A stretch of 64,000 bases of DNA from Escherichia phage D6, in sequence record NC_050154.1. One strand, written 5' to 3'. Positions 7,649-18,293 of the stretch are shown piece by piece. How positions within the stretch are numbered: the stretch's first letter is position 1; every line of letters begins with the position of its first letter. Both the position numbers and the translations under genes were made by a program. Below the pieces are notes generated by a model, which saw nothing but the letters and a program-made list of their open reading frames with translations, was not told the origin of the DNA and did not search any database.

Positions 7649-10474
7649 TTACACCTGTGCGACGTTATACCATGTGCCATTGATGTATTTTTGTATTGGC
7701 CTGAAGATGGCTTCATCATCGCCATCTACTTCACCAATGATTCTTAATCCGGTAATTGCGTGTCCGGCTTTTTCATAACGACCACCACGCGCCATCAATT
7801 GAACAACACGTGTGCCAAGTCGGACATCTCTCACATAGCGTGAGTCAAAATTGCCATAATTGCCGGGAATAACTTGCGCACCACAAAGCCAGTTACCGTT
7901 ATTATCCATGTACGCCTGACCATCGGTGCCATTGGCTGTCCTTGAGTTATTAATCATGTAGATGCCAAATTGCTTGTTCCCCAGTCCACCTATCATGAAC
8001 TTTCGGTCGGCGTGATTCTGGCGAAGTAACGCCTGAGCGCTATCAGTGTTAACTATATTTTTCCCAAAGATAGCGTTGTTATCGCGCATCTGAATCCACA
8101 TACCATTACTGCTGTTAATAGCAAAACGGTCTGAAAGTGTCTCCCCTGAAACATTAAGACCACGTCCCATCGAAACAGCGCCAGTAGCGTTATTAATCCA
8201 TAATGGCCTTAATCCGTTATAAGTCCCCATGTTGTCACCGGAGTTTGTCAACATGAAGTATGTATTTGAACCATCATTACGAATAAAGAATCCGTAATTA
8301 CCATAAGCAATACGTAGGCCGTTTGCTGATTTTGATATGACTTCGCCATTTACAATGGCATTGACAAGAACATACAAAGCATCCCATTTAAGATTCATCA
8401 GGTCTTTTGTTGTGGTACTTTGTTTGCTTCTCCATTTGAAATATTCATTGCCGTTGTCGCCTGTCTCAAACCACATGTATGAATCAGTATCGCTGTCGGC
8501 ATCATTTTTAAAACCAATCTTCGCCCAGTCAGTATTCCGAATCCAGGCAAGGATTGAGTCGTTTTCAAAAGTAAGTCCACCGGACAAGGTATCGCCTGTC
8601 TTTTGAACCGCGTTATCAGCCTTGTTTACCGTTTCCTGTAGATTTAAATCTTCCGCCGTTAGCTCAATATTTTTAGAACCGTCAAACGAGACGCCGTTGA
8701 TAGTACATGCTATCTGCAATTTGGTCGCTGTAGCCGCATTACCAGAGGTGTCCTGATTCCCTTTGGCATTGACGCCGGGAACTGAATCTTTTGACGTATA
8801 GATCTGTGCCCACTCGGACCATGCCGCAGCAGTGCTATCTCTTTTGGATCGAATGAAAGCAGGTGCATGAGCGCCATTTGTGCCACTCCAGCCAATGAAT
8901 AACTCACCTTCGCCAGCAGCGGTGGCACCTTTAAGGTGAAGCACATTGCCATAGGGGGAAGGGTAGCCATTGTTGTATGCCTCATACATCTGCAATCCAG
9001 TAGCAGCACCTTGCGTTGTACCGGTAAGCGCAGTAACGCGTCCTCTAGACGTAATTGTTGGTATCGAAATGTTCGTAGAACCATCGAACCTGACGCCATT
9101 AATGTTTATGGCTGTTTTTAATTTCGTCGCGGTATCGGCGTTCCCTGTCAGCGCCCCGGTGATCCCGCCGTTGAAAGTCTGGCGTGCACTCCACGTGTTA
9201 GCCGTGCTCAACAGGGGGATCTTTTCACCGCTGGTACCGAGTTCTCTTAAACCAAGGTATTGGATAACGGCCAGTGTGCTTGTTTTAGCCAGAATATCGC
9301 GACCGACTGACGTTAAATCAGTCTGCGCTACCGTATCCTTACCGGTGAAATAAGGCAGTTTGTTTGCACCAGTCGCAAGGCCAGCGAGCGCGGTTAAAGT
9401 TGCATCCAGAGGCTGTTTGCCTGCCAGCGCATTTGTCATTGTTGTCGCAAAGTTCGGGTCATTACCAAGTGCTGCGGCAAGCTCATTCAGGGTATCAAGA
9501 GCTTCTGGTGATGAACCAACCAATGCGGATATGGCAGCTCTTACATAAGCGGTCGTAGCAATCTGCGTGTTATTCGTACCCTGTGCAGCGGTAGGCGCAG
9601 TAGGTATTCCCGTTAATGCAGGACTTGCTAAAGGAGCTTTAAGAGCCAGAGCATTGTTGATAGTTGTGCTGAAATTCGGGTCGTTATTGATCGCAGCCGC
9701 TATTTCTTTCAGCGTGTCCATCGTTCCCGGAGCACCATTGATAAGCGCATTTATAGCAGCATAGACAAAGGCCGCATTTGCGATCTGTGTGTTGTTTGTA
9801 CCGGGTTCAGGTGTCGGCGAAGTCGGCGTACCTGACAGATGCGGACTATCGAGCGGAGCTTTTGTATCAACCAAATCATGGAGAGTTTTGACAGCCAGAG
9901 GTGTAGCCGCTTTTCTTTCTTCTGTACTGCTTATTTCATTAGAGAATTCGACACCAACAGCACGGTTAACCCGGTATTTAAGCACAATCATTTCTTTAGT
10001 CACAGCCGTTGCGCCGTTAGGCACGATAACTCGACATAATTCAATTTGATTCTGCCCAATAGTATTGTCCGTACGCGCGTAAATTCTTGCAGCACTGACA
10101 GAAGATGCGCTATCTACCTGTGTCGTTTTTACACCATGTTCAAAATTGGCTTCCAGCACAATAATGTTGGTAGCCCCAGCCTTTACCGAGACAGTCACAT
10201 CTTCTATTTGCTGAACGGATATCTGAACATTATTTACATCTACTGAAGCAGCCCCTTTACCTTCTGAGTTTTCAGAAGTTATACGAACACTCAACCCTGT
10301 GCCGGGAACTGGTTCAAATCCACAGTAAAAGCCAGGCAAAACAATATTTTTAAGTTTTCTGTTAAGAGCCGAACTACTATAGAGTTCGAAATATTGAACA
10401 TCAGCAAGCAAAGGCTGTGAGACACCAGAGGATAGTGTCATTATGTTGTTCGTTTTATCAGCCCCCATAATCAA
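7649..10474 (-). CDS. tail fiber protein S (constant N-terminal part fused to the currently selected variable part)
   Basis: 941 aa; Gly/Ala/Thr-rich repeats; contains the inverted-repeat segment and the cix site mid-gene. Confidence 0.9.
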   Translation of the reverse strand: MIMGADKTNNIMTLSSGVSQPLLADVQYFELYSSSALNRKLKNIVLPGFYCGFEPVPGTGLSVRITSENSEGKGAASVDVNNVQISVQQIEDVTVSVKAGATNIIVLEANFEHGVKTTQVDSASSVSAARIYARTDNTIGQNQIELCRVIVPNGATAVTKEMIVLKYRVNRAVGVEFSNEISSTEERKAATPLAVKTLHDLVDTKAPLDSPHLSGTPTSPTPEPGTNNTQIANAAFVYAAINALINGAPGTMDTLKEIAAAINNDPNFSTTINNALALKAPLASPALTGIPTAPTAAQGTNNTQIATTAYVRAAISALVGSSPEALDTLNELAAALGNDPNFATTMTNALAGKQPLDATLTALAGLATGANKLPYFTGKDTVAQTDLTSVGRDILAKTSTLAVIQYLGLRELGTSGEKIPLLSTANTWSARQTFNGGITGALTGNADTATKLKTAININGVRFDGSTNISIPTITSRGRVTALTGTTQGAATGLQMYEAYNNGYPSPYGNVLHLKGATAAGEGELFIGWSGTNGAHAPAFIRSKRDSTAAAWSEWAQIYTSKDSVPGVNAKGNQDTSGNAATATKLQIACTINGVSFDGSKNIELTAEDLNLQETVNKADNAVQKTGDTLSGGLTFENDSILAWIRNTDWAKIGFKNDADSDTDSYMWFETGDNGNEYFKWRSKQSTTTKDLMNLKWDALYVLVNAIVNGEVISKSANGLRIAYGNYGFFIRNDGSNTYFMLTNSGDNMGTYNGLRPLWINNATGAVSMGRGLNVSGETLSDRFAINSSNGMWIQMRDNNAIFGKNIVNTDSAQALLRQNHADRKFMIGGLGNKQFGIYMINNSRTANGTDGQAYMDNNGNWLCGAQVIPGNYGNFDSRYVRDVRLGTRVVQLMARGGRYEKAGHAITGLRIIGEVDGDDEAIFRPIQKYINGTWYNVAQV
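8641..9250. repeat. ~0.6 kb inverted repeat, right copy
   Basis: Reverse complement of 4997..5597. Confidence 0.8.
9242..9267. other. cix-type crossover site, right, inside the tail fiber gene
   Basis: TTCTCTTAAACCAAGGTATTGGATAA; shares a half-site with the left site. Confidence 0.7.
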
Positions 10475-10917
10475 CCCTCAACTTGCTCGATTGTCATGAG
10501 AATACTGTAACGTTTACCTTTATAGAGGGTATCTTGCTGGGTGCAAAGCACACCAAAAGCCCGTTCCTCAGCATCAACAAGCACAAGCGTGTTAAAATCG
10601 TAAGGCGTGTTATCCGGCATTCTTTCTTGTGGGAAGGCTGCATTGATAGTGATAATCCCATCCACGCTGGACAATATCAGATCGGACACAGCAAACTGTT
10701 GAGCGTCACTCAATTTAAAATCGAGTGGAATGTCCGCTATATTCCAGCCTCCTGCACCATTAGCAGTTACCAGACTAGATTTGCACCAATACGCCTTAGA
10801 GATAACAAAACGCGCACCTTTGCCGATCGCCGACTCAGCGCGGCGTGAATAATAGTAGGAAAGCAATTGTGCCTTATACAGGCGGTTACCATCTCTTGCC
10901 TTTAAATTTTCAGCCAT
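10471..10917 (-). CDS. tail-fiber-associated protein (P1 R-like position)
   Basis: 148 aa immediately upstream of S with overlapping stop/start; AAGGAG RBS. Confidence 0.5.
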   Translation of the reverse strand: MAENLKARDGNRLYKAQLLSYYYSRRAESAIGKGARFVISKAYWCKSSLVTANGAGGWNIADIPLDFKLSDAQQFAVSDLILSSVDGIITINAAFPQERMPDNTPYDFNTLVLVDAEERAFGVLCTQQDTLYKGKRYSILMTIEQVEG

Positions 10918-10963
10918 ACGAACATAGCTCCTTCATAAGCAATGAACCAAAGGAGAGTATGCT

Positions 10964-10978
10964 CAGTTTGTGATTTCC
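10964..10978 (-). promoter_or_regulatory. candidate late-promoter box (GGAAATCACAAACTG on minus strand)
   Basis: About 45 bp upstream of the R-like start, followed by a CATACT -10-like hexamer. Confidence 0.5.
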
Positions 10979-11011
10979 GTTGTTCTTCCCCCAAATGCGG
11001 GGGAGGAATTA

Positions 11012-11857
11012 TTAAACAGGTTGAAGGTGGTAATCCAAAGGCCACGCATCGAGTGGGGTTACATCAAGATGTAATTGCTTTTCTGCCGTTCGGTTCGGTA
11101 TGGCGTTAAGAGAAATATTGTCTACCTGGCAGGAGGTATCACTACGGGATAGCATATCAGCCATACTCTCAGTAACATAAACACCTTCAATTACCGAAAC
11201 ATCCGTAGACAAGCAATTTAGTATTTCTGCCACTTCAGGGAATACAGCACTAAGCCGAAACGAGACGCCATCAAAAACAATATGCAATGGCAATAAAGGG
11301 GCTATTACTGTTTCGAAGTCAGATAACAATTTCTGTACAGCGGCTTCTTTATCCTGCTCTCCATATGAGCGATATAGCTTGTTCTGATCAACAACGACCA
11401 GCCCCCTTGATGTCAGGAAGAACTCACCGAATTGAGCCTGTGCCGTAGGTATTTCTATTTCGGTCGCAAAATATGAACCATAGGGGTGTTTTTCTATATT
11501 TACAGGTGCATACAGCGGTTCCCAACTAACAGGAATACAACCGAATTCACGCCAGAATGTCTGCTCAATTGGCAAGATAGTGCCTTTAAAGTGCACTTCA
11601 TCTAAACGTTGTGCCAGCAGCATTGGCCTACGAGCCTTATCTTTTTCAGTGATAACGAAAAAACGCCCGTATTCAGCAATGCGGGCATCCATGTCCTCAC
11701 TGTCCATAGTGAAGAAGGATTTTCTGTTACTTATTCTTGTTAATATTGGTTCTACTGCCTCATTCCAGACATCCTGTAAAGCGTCTATAAATGCACTCCA
11801 GAGATGTGAATCCTGTTTTACTTTAGTTAATCGTTCCTTAAGCCAATTATCTTTCAT
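11012..11857 (-). CDS. putative baseplate protein (P1 gene 16-like position)
   Basis: 281-aa ORF in the tail fiber/baseplate operon. Confidence 0.45.
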   Translation of the reverse strand: MKDNWLKERLTKVKQDSHLWSAFIDALQDVWNEAVEPILTRISNRKSFFTMDSEDMDARIAEYGRFFVITEKDKARRPMLLAQRLDEVHFKGTILPIEQTFWREFGCIPVSWEPLYAPVNIEKHPYGSYFATEIEIPTAQAQFGEFFLTSRGLVVVDQNKLYRSYGEQDKEAAVQKLLSDFETVIAPLLPLHIVFDGVSFRLSAVFPEVAEILNCLSTDVSVIEGVYVTESMADMLSRSDTSCQVDNISLNAIPNRTAEKQLHLDVTPLDAWPLDYHLQPV

Positions 11858-11867
11858 GCTAACCTCA

Positions 11868-13298
11868 TTACGGGTAAGAAATGCTGAACGTTGAAGATTT
11901 CACGTCAAGATAAATGAAGTCATTAAAGTAAACTGCATCTTTCATATTTTGTATTGTTATGTCATAAGAGAGAAACATATCCAGCGACTCTATTACTCGC
12001 CAAATATCTTTAACTTTTACCTGTGCATAACATTGCTGAGAATCATCATCACTCTGTAGTAATAAACTGAATGATGACGAATCACGACCAAAATTTTCTT
12101 CCAACGCTGCTTTAATAGCATTTTGAGCGTCGTCTATCAGAACATTTTTACGTGCAATACCTGTAAATTTTATAGTAAATGGTTGTTCATTTGTATCTAC
12201 ATACTCAAACCGCTTGTTCAACTCATTTGGAACATTCTCTAGAGCTTTCAGTATTTCTGATTTTAGCTGAGCCTGGCTTACACCTGGCTTATGTCCGCAA
12301 AAGAAAATCTTGTTGATGTTTCGAACGTCAAACCCAGTTATTTTCTCTTGCAACGCTTCGCCCCAAACGTTCAACCATGAAGTTCCATGAACAACATTCT
12401 GAATGAATTGGCGATAATCACCGCCCCATACCACTTGTTCATCGTATGCAACATAATACTGAGCACGATTTCGAGTTTCTTCTGTAGTTTCCATACCACT
12501 ACCACCGGTAATGATCGAATCAGTTTTAAACTCTAGTGACTCCACATATTGAGCGATATTTCCAGCCGGTTCTAACTTTTGTCCTTCAGCCAAAGTATAG
12601 TCGCCAAGGCTAGCCATAACATCGATTCGAACCTGACAGCCTGCTGGAGGCATCATACCCATAGAACCATCACCAAACTTGACTCCAAGTTGTTCTGTAG
12701 GTTTATATGCCAATGAATAGTGCTTACTCTTGTCTCTGGACATTCTAAATAATGGGTTATATGTCCATTTTTCTTCTACGCCATCTGTAATAACATAAAC
12801 ATCCAGGCTAGAGACTTCTTTTGTTAATTCTCTGGAAAGCAACAATGTCAGAAATAAAGTTTCCTTCTCAATATCAAATGTAACGCTAACAGCTTCATGC
12901 TGTTTAGTTTCTACGCCAGAAACAGTTCCTCCAGCAGGAATTACAACACTGTTAATAATTGCCAAAGGTGTTTGGTCATTGGCAAGCAATTCAGCCCCGG
13001 CTGGTAACGTAATATCCCGATCAGTTTTATTGGTTATAGACGTTGTTCCGTATGAAGCACTAACAAATCGCCCTACGTAGCTACGGTCTTCAGCAACCGC
13101 TAAAATACTTGAGCGGCGCGTAGCCGTTGAAATAAGTCCCTCAGTGAGGCCGCGGCTTGCAAATGTACGGGCAATATAAATAAGCTGTGATCCGAATATA
13201 GCGTGCATCTGCACAAACTGACTATTTACAAATCGTGACCACCATGTGTTTTCATTTAACTTGGCGTTAAATTTGTCCAGTAATTCTGTAATCGTCAC
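11868..13298 (-). CDS. putative baseplate protein (BplA-like position)
   Basis: 476-aa ORF, operon context. Confidence 0.45.
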   Translation of the reverse strand: MTITELLDKFNAKLNENTWWSRFVNSQFVQMHAIFGSQLIYIARTFASRGLTEGLISTATRRSSILAVAEDRSYVGRFVSASYGTTSITNKTDRDITLPAGAELLANDQTPLAIINSVVIPAGGTVSGVETKQHEAVSVTFDIEKETLFLTLLLSRELTKEVSSLDVYVITDGVEEKWTYNPLFRMSRDKSKHYSLAYKPTEQLGVKFGDGSMGMMPPAGCQVRIDVMASLGDYTLAEGQKLEPAGNIAQYVESLEFKTDSIITGGSGMETTEETRNRAQYYVAYDEQVVWGGDYRQFIQNVVHGTSWLNVWGEALQEKITGFDVRNINKIFFCGHKPGVSQAQLKSEILKALENVPNELNKRFEYVDTNEQPFTIKFTGIARKNVLIDDAQNAIKAALEENFGRDSSSFSLLLQSDDDSQQCYAQVKVKDIWRVIESLDMFLSYDITIQNMKDAVYFNDFIYLDVKSSTFSISYP

Positions 13299-13669
13299 GC
13301 GCCCACCCCACTTGATTTCTGCATAACAATATCCATGCTCCCACCTTTCGCATAAAAACTAATTAATAAAGAATCTTCAGAAATTGATGTGCAACGAATC
13401 CCCTGCACATCCAAACCTGGCAAGTCTTGTCGTAGTTTTTTCATCATTCTCCCTTCAATAGCCACTTCAACTATGTGCGAAGTTTCAGAGCCGAATGGTT
13501 CATGCTTAAATTCTTCCATTGGATTCCCCCAAGAGGGTAAACCATAAACACTCCCTTCAGGGGTTCGTAGCCACTCGTCAAGTCGGGCCATCCATGCTGC
13601 GGAACTTCCTTCTGCAATAATGACACCGCTCTCATTCGTTTGAAGTCTTGCGTCTATTTCATAAAGCAT
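13295..13669 (-). CDS. putative morphogenetic protein (PmgA-like position)
   Basis: 124 aa, coupled to neighbours. Confidence 0.45.
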   Translation of the reverse strand: MLYEIDARLQTNESGVIIAEGSSAAWMARLDEWLRTPEGSVYGLPSWGNPMEEFKHEPFGSETSHIVEVAIEGRMMKKLRQDLPGLDVQGIRCTSISEDSLLISFYAKGGSMDIVMQKSSGVGA

Positions 13670-13674
13670 CTTTA

Positions 13675-16600
13675 TTAATCCTCAAGCAGAGCATCCAGCG
13701 ACGGGTCATTAATAGTTGTGCTAGCACGTGGTCGCGGTTGCGGCTGCGATGTTTTGACAACCTTATCCGGATCGCCTTTTGTATTGTTCTTGTTCACATT
13801 CAGAAGATCGTTCAGGATAGAGCAGATGTTATCCAGCGCCTTCAACATAGCAGGATCGTTATTTATAGTGTCAGTAGTTAATGGTTGTCTTATTCCGCTT
13901 CGTGCGAGATCTGTTACAGTAGGAAGCTGTGGTGGCATAGCAAGAAAAGGTTCTTGCACGGCTGACGCAGAGCCAAATATGGCATTATTGGCTTCGTTTG
14001 ATATACCTCTAATGCTATCTGCGGTTTGTTGAATACCATTATTCAGCCAACTACCGGCGCTCCTGGTAAGCGGGCTAATAGCCCTAGCAATTGTTGAGTT
14101 CTGCCCAGTAGCCTGATAAACCAAATCATTAACAATGCCAGTGCCATCTACCCCACCAATAAGTCGTGAAACGTTATCGCCAATTGCAGGTAACACAGCA
14201 GAGCTAATACGTTTCAGACCTGTTAATGACGAGTCAAACAAAGAGCCAAGCACCCCCTTATCTTCACCATCAATTACCTTGTATCCATTGTCATAAACTG
14301 GAATCCCCCTTGAGTTTACAGGGATTTTTTCACTCTCACTTGCCGAAGAAACACCGGAAAGAAGATCCACTGAAGGCATATCGCGTTCAGCTTTTGGTCT
14401 TTTTTGTAAAGCGTCTCTTATATCAGTTACCTGGCTTGCTTTTTGAAATCCAAAAGATTTACCGGTTAAGCTGGATATCTTTTCAGTAAGAGCCTGATCC
14501 ATTCCTTTCGCTTTTTCGGAAAGCGAAGATATAGAACCAAACGAAGTCGCCGACGCAAAATCCTTAATCAGGCCAAGGCTTGTACCAGCAAGGCTGGTAG
14601 CCGCACCTCCAAATAAATTACCTACCCCGCTGTCATTTATAGCGATTAATCTCTCAAGCAGACTTGATGGAGAGCCAGTATTAACATCAACGTTCTCTGG
14701 ATTAATCGGTTGCGATTGATTGCCTGTTTTTTGTGGCTTTTTGACTGCCTGGGCATATTGTGCAACCTCAATTGGCTGTTGTGTTGCTGTCGGAACGGCA
14801 TTCAAAACTGGTTGAGCTGGAGATTTTCCATTAACATATTTTATCTTGCGACCAACACTATATTGCGAATCGCGGGCAATTAGCTGACCACCATTTTCTT
14901 TCTGAATTTTATTAATCCGCGCCAATGTTTCGTCAGAGAATTGTCCCTCCCATCGACCAGTATTTGTGTTAAATGCCCCAAGAGCATTCTTTATGAACTC
15001 ATTGTTAACCGCCGGGTTTCCACCTTCTTTCGTCGCTATTGCACGAACTAATTGCGTCATAACCTCTGGGTTGCTGACGTCTATTTTTTCATTAGGCGAG
15101 ACGCCAAGATATTTGCTGACGTTATCAATATATTGATTAGTATTGTTCTCCTTTGGGGGTGCCCATTTGGAAATAATACTGGATACCGTCTGTAGCTTCT
15201 GATACCCAGCAGCGGCGCTGGTGCCGTTGTAATAGCTTGACACCTGGTTTGCCAGCGCCCTGATCCCTTCTTCAGGCGTGTTAAATCGCGCAAAACGTTG
15301 TTCACCTTTTGCATTTGGTGCTTCCAGCGTCGCCCCTTCCTGATTAGCGAAAACAAGGTTGCCGAGATTATTATTCCGGTAATTGCGGTTTTTGGCGTTG
15401 CTGCCACCAATATTCAGATCCGCTGCAATGGTGTTGCTGGTAGGGGCATTAAATTCAGCCGGGGAAGTATACCCGTGCTCACCAACACCATCTTCACCAT
15501 CACGCCCGCCTTGTAGCTGCTCACCTAAAGAATGAATCGCATCGACAGTTTTTTTGGTGCCGTCTTCAACAGCTTTTTTTACTTGTTTTGTGTTTTCGTC
15601 AGTGGATAAAAATGTATCCTTAAGGCTACCAAAAACAGATTTTGTGATATCTACCGCGCCGTTAACACCACGAGCAATATCTCCGGTATCAAAATTCTGA
15701 AGTTTTTCACCTGCTCTTTCAAATCCTAGCGCAGAAATTCCTTTCCCTATCAAGTTTGTTGCGCCCGACACCAAGCCCCCCATATCGAGCACATTAGCTG
15801 TTGCGTAAGCCGTTTTTTGCTGTTCGGATACAGCATCATCGTCACTTAAACCAAAGGCTGCCTTTTGCGCCTCTGTATCTGTGTAACCATCTATGGCGTC
15901 ATATCCAGCCATTGCCAGCGAACCGATGATAGGGACCGCTCTTGCCGCAGTGGATGCTGCTGATTTAACTCCTATTTTTGCAGCACTTTTGAGGGCTACA
16001 GATTCAGTTTTTTTCTTTGCAATGGCTTCGCCGGTTTTAATGGTGGCATCTTCAGCCACAACACCAGCTGACTTCACGGCCTTAGCAGTATTTTTTGTTT
16101 CCTTTGCAATCCCCTTTGATGTATCGCTGATAGTGCTTACATCTTTGGGTTTGCTGATCTCATTTTTAACTACTTTTGCTGCTCCGACACCAGTGCCAGC
16201 TGCAGCGCTACCGGCAGCAACTTTTTCGCCAACGGAGAGTGCTTTTTTCCCAAGATTGCGGCCTTTCCTTTTCGATTTATTCCGTTTATTTTTTCCCGTT
16301 TGATCACCAATATTGATTTTATTTCTTCTGCTTGCTCGATTTTTCCAGAGATCACTTAAGCCGAACTTATTTCCAGAAGACACTGATTTCCGAAGCTTAA
16401 CTATCTCGTCAGAAACATTTTCCAGACCATCAATTATTTTGTTGTCATTGGTCTGAAGGATTTTGGTTTGCTCTTCTACTGCTTGTGCGGATTTTGTCTC
16501 AACAGCGTTATTGAACGCTTTTGCAGATGTTGCTTTTTGAGAATTCACCGCCGCCGGATAAGTAATTACTGGTGATATCGCTTTCGAGGTTGATGTTTCT

Positions 16601-17457
16601 TTTTTCCCCTTTTCTACCCATTCTTTAAGAGATTCTGCTTTACCTGTGATCTCTTTAGTTATGTCGTACATGCCTCGAGCCGCCATCCATAACGGCCCAC
16701 CAGCACCGACACCAGCTGCATTTGTTAAAGACTCTTCACTGGAAGACTGATTGCCATCTACCCCCATAATGGAACCTAGCTTTCTGAGAAAGCCAGCTTG
16801 TAATTTTGCGTCGGCTTTACGTGCGTTCTGCAATTCTTTTTTTCTGGCTATATCCTCATTGCTTTTTTGGGATACAAAACGTCCATTACTATCCCGCAGC
16901 GGGCCTTTTAGACTTTGGGGGGATTGTGGTTCAAGAGGGGCTGAATTAGCCGCTACCGGTATAAAACCGTCCGATTTTCGGATGGTCTGACGTGATTGCA
17001 CGGAGCGAACACTTTCTGGTGTGTTCGTTGCAACGATAGCGCGGTCCACGGTTTGGTTTATCGGTGCCCTTTCCTTTTTAGCAGGGAGACGTTTTTTATA
17101 TGGGTTAGTTTGGGCATCTCTAACGCTATCAGATGTACTTTGCTCGTAGTCTTTACGCCTGCGTGATAGTCTGTTGCTAACTCTGCCTTGCTTTTCGTCC
17201 TGTTGAGTTATGGTGCCTACCCCAGAAAGAATGGCGTCTTTTACCTCAGCAAGAGCTTTAAGTTCGTTTGTGCTCGCCTCCTGAATAGCGTCAATTATTG
17301 CGATACGGTCTTTATTCTCTTTCAAAATAACCTCTCTTTTACCAGCGCGATCAACGTTTCCCGGCTTGAGCTTTGTATTTTTCTTCCAGGGCTTTTGACA
17401 TATGGAGTGCTCGCCATTGCGGTAATTGTTCAACGTCGCTAACGGGCTGATATCCAT
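13675..17457 (-). CDS. large structural/injection protein, Sit-like (tape-measure-like)
   Basis: 1260 aa, low-complexity Ala/Gly/Ser/Lys-rich, with a globular domain near residues 630-760. Confidence 0.65.
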   Translation of the reverse strand: MDISPLATLNNYRNGEHSICQKPWKKNTKLKPGNVDRAGKREVILKENKDRIAIIDAIQEASTNELKALAEVKDAILSGVGTITQQDEKQGRVSNRLSRRRKDYEQSTSDSVRDAQTNPYKKRLPAKKERAPINQTVDRAIVATNTPESVRSVQSRQTIRKSDGFIPVAANSAPLEPQSPQSLKGPLRDSNGRFVSQKSNEDIARKKELQNARKADAKLQAGFLRKLGSIMGVDGNQSSSEESLTNAAGVGAGGPLWMAARGMYDITKEITGKAESLKEWVEKGKKETSTSKAISPVITYPAAVNSQKATSAKAFNNAVETKSAQAVEEQTKILQTNDNKIIDGLENVSDEIVKLRKSVSSGNKFGLSDLWKNRASRRNKINIGDQTGKNKRNKSKRKGRNLGKKALSVGEKVAAGSAAAGTGVGAAKVVKNEISKPKDVSTISDTSKGIAKETKNTAKAVKSAGVVAEDATIKTGEAIAKKKTESVALKSAAKIGVKSAASTAARAVPIIGSLAMAGYDAIDGYTDTEAQKAAFGLSDDDAVSEQQKTAYATANVLDMGGLVSGATNLIGKGISALGFERAGEKLQNFDTGDIARGVNGAVDITKSVFGSLKDTFLSTDENTKQVKKAVEDGTKKTVDAIHSLGEQLQGGRDGEDGVGEHGYTSPAEFNAPTSNTIAADLNIGGSNAKNRNYRNNNLGNLVFANQEGATLEAPNAKGEQRFARFNTPEEGIRALANQVSSYYNGTSAAAGYQKLQTVSSIISKWAPPKENNTNQYIDNVSKYLGVSPNEKIDVSNPEVMTQLVRAIATKEGGNPAVNNEFIKNALGAFNTNTGRWEGQFSDETLARINKIQKENGGQLIARDSQYSVGRKIKYVNGKSPAQPVLNAVPTATQQPIEVAQYAQAVKKPQKTGNQSQPINPENVDVNTGSPSSLLERLIAINDSGVGNLFGGAATSLAGTSLGLIKDFASATSFGSISSLSEKAKGMDQALTEKISSLTGKSFGFQKASQVTDIRDALQKRPKAERDMPSVDLLSGVSSASESEKIPVNSRGIPVYDNGYKVIDGEDKGVLGSLFDSSLTGLKRISSAVLPAIGDNVSRLIGGVDGTGIVNDLVYQATGQNSTIARAISPLTRSAGSWLNNGIQQTADSIRGISNEANNAIFGSASAVQEPFLAMPPQLPTVTDLARSGIRQPLTTDTINNDPAMLKALDNICSILNDLLNVNKNNTKGDPDKVVKTSQPQPRPRASTTINDPSLDALLED

Positions 17458-17471
17458 ATAGAGTCAGGTTG

Positions 17472-18293
17472 TTAATAATGGTTAGCCATCCATTCAGATC
17501 TAATTGATGGGATAAACTCTCTATTGAGAAAGGGGACGTACAGTGTGGTTGTCACATCTGCACCCTCCTTAGCGTTTTTGCAATGTTGCGGAGGCAGGAT
17601 CAGTCGGCTTGTGCCTCTCTCAATAGACATTTTCAGGCCGTGGCGTAGGTCTTTTTGCATAAGCTGTATGCGAGCCACAAGCGGAGTAAATTCGGTTTCA
17701 AGCGCCATGCTTTCAATGATGTCAAAGCGTCGGTTAGCGGCCTGCGTGAAGTCCTCCGGATCGTCTTCAAGCGCCGTGCATAAAGCGAGTTCAGCAATTC
17801 GCATCCGTGCCACGCCAGCACTGTATTCGGGGCTTTTCATATCAGGAAGTGACGCTCGCATTCGTTCAAGGAGTTCCGCGCCTTTCCCGGTTAATGGTTT
17901 AAGTATCCAGTCAGTTGGTATTCCATTTACTGGTACGTTGGTTTTCACGTAAGGAGGTACAGTGAGTATTTCTACTGTTTGGGCCAGGTCGCTCAGGTTA
18001 ATATCTGCATGATGCGTATTACCGCAGTGACTGCACTCATAGGAGTAGGTCATTACTGCATCGGGGCGCGAATTAACAAATATCCACCAAAGAGCAGTTC
18101 TGCGATCCTGAACTGTCCAGTTAGCACTGTCGTTAATTTCACCATCCTGCATAGAGTTAAGGTACTCTGTAGTAGTTGCCTCATCTTCTGCCGGGTTCAG
18201 GTCAGAATATTTCAGCGCATCCTTCACGGTAGGGGCGTGGAACTGAATTTCTGTCTCAGGACGGGAAGGCAATGGGAATTTTGGAATGTTCAA
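17472..18293 (-). CDS. putative morphogenetic protein (PmgB-like position)
   Basis: 273 aa, first gene of the operon. Confidence 0.45.
   Translation of the reverse strand: MNIPKFPLPSRPETEIQFHAPTVKDALKYSDLNPAEDEATTTEYLNSMQDGEINDSANWTVQDRRTALWWIFVNSRPDAVMTYSYECSHCGNTHHADINLSDLAQTVEILTVPPYVKTNVPVNGIPTDWILKPLTGKGAELLERMRASLPDMKSPEYSAGVARMRIAELALCTALEDDPEDFTQAANRRFDIIESMALETEFTPLVARIQLMQKDLRHGLKMSIERGTSRLILPPQHCKNAKEGADVTTTLYVPFLNREFIPSIRSEWMANHY

Noticed and set aside
13718-16303. Plus-strand ORFs from the track inside the sit-like gene (13718..14032, 14226..14489, 15893..16303) and similar ones inside the tail fibre gene (8337..10246)
   Set aside because: They are fully contained within long, well-supported minus-strand genes and have no RBS or coupling; they are frame shadows.
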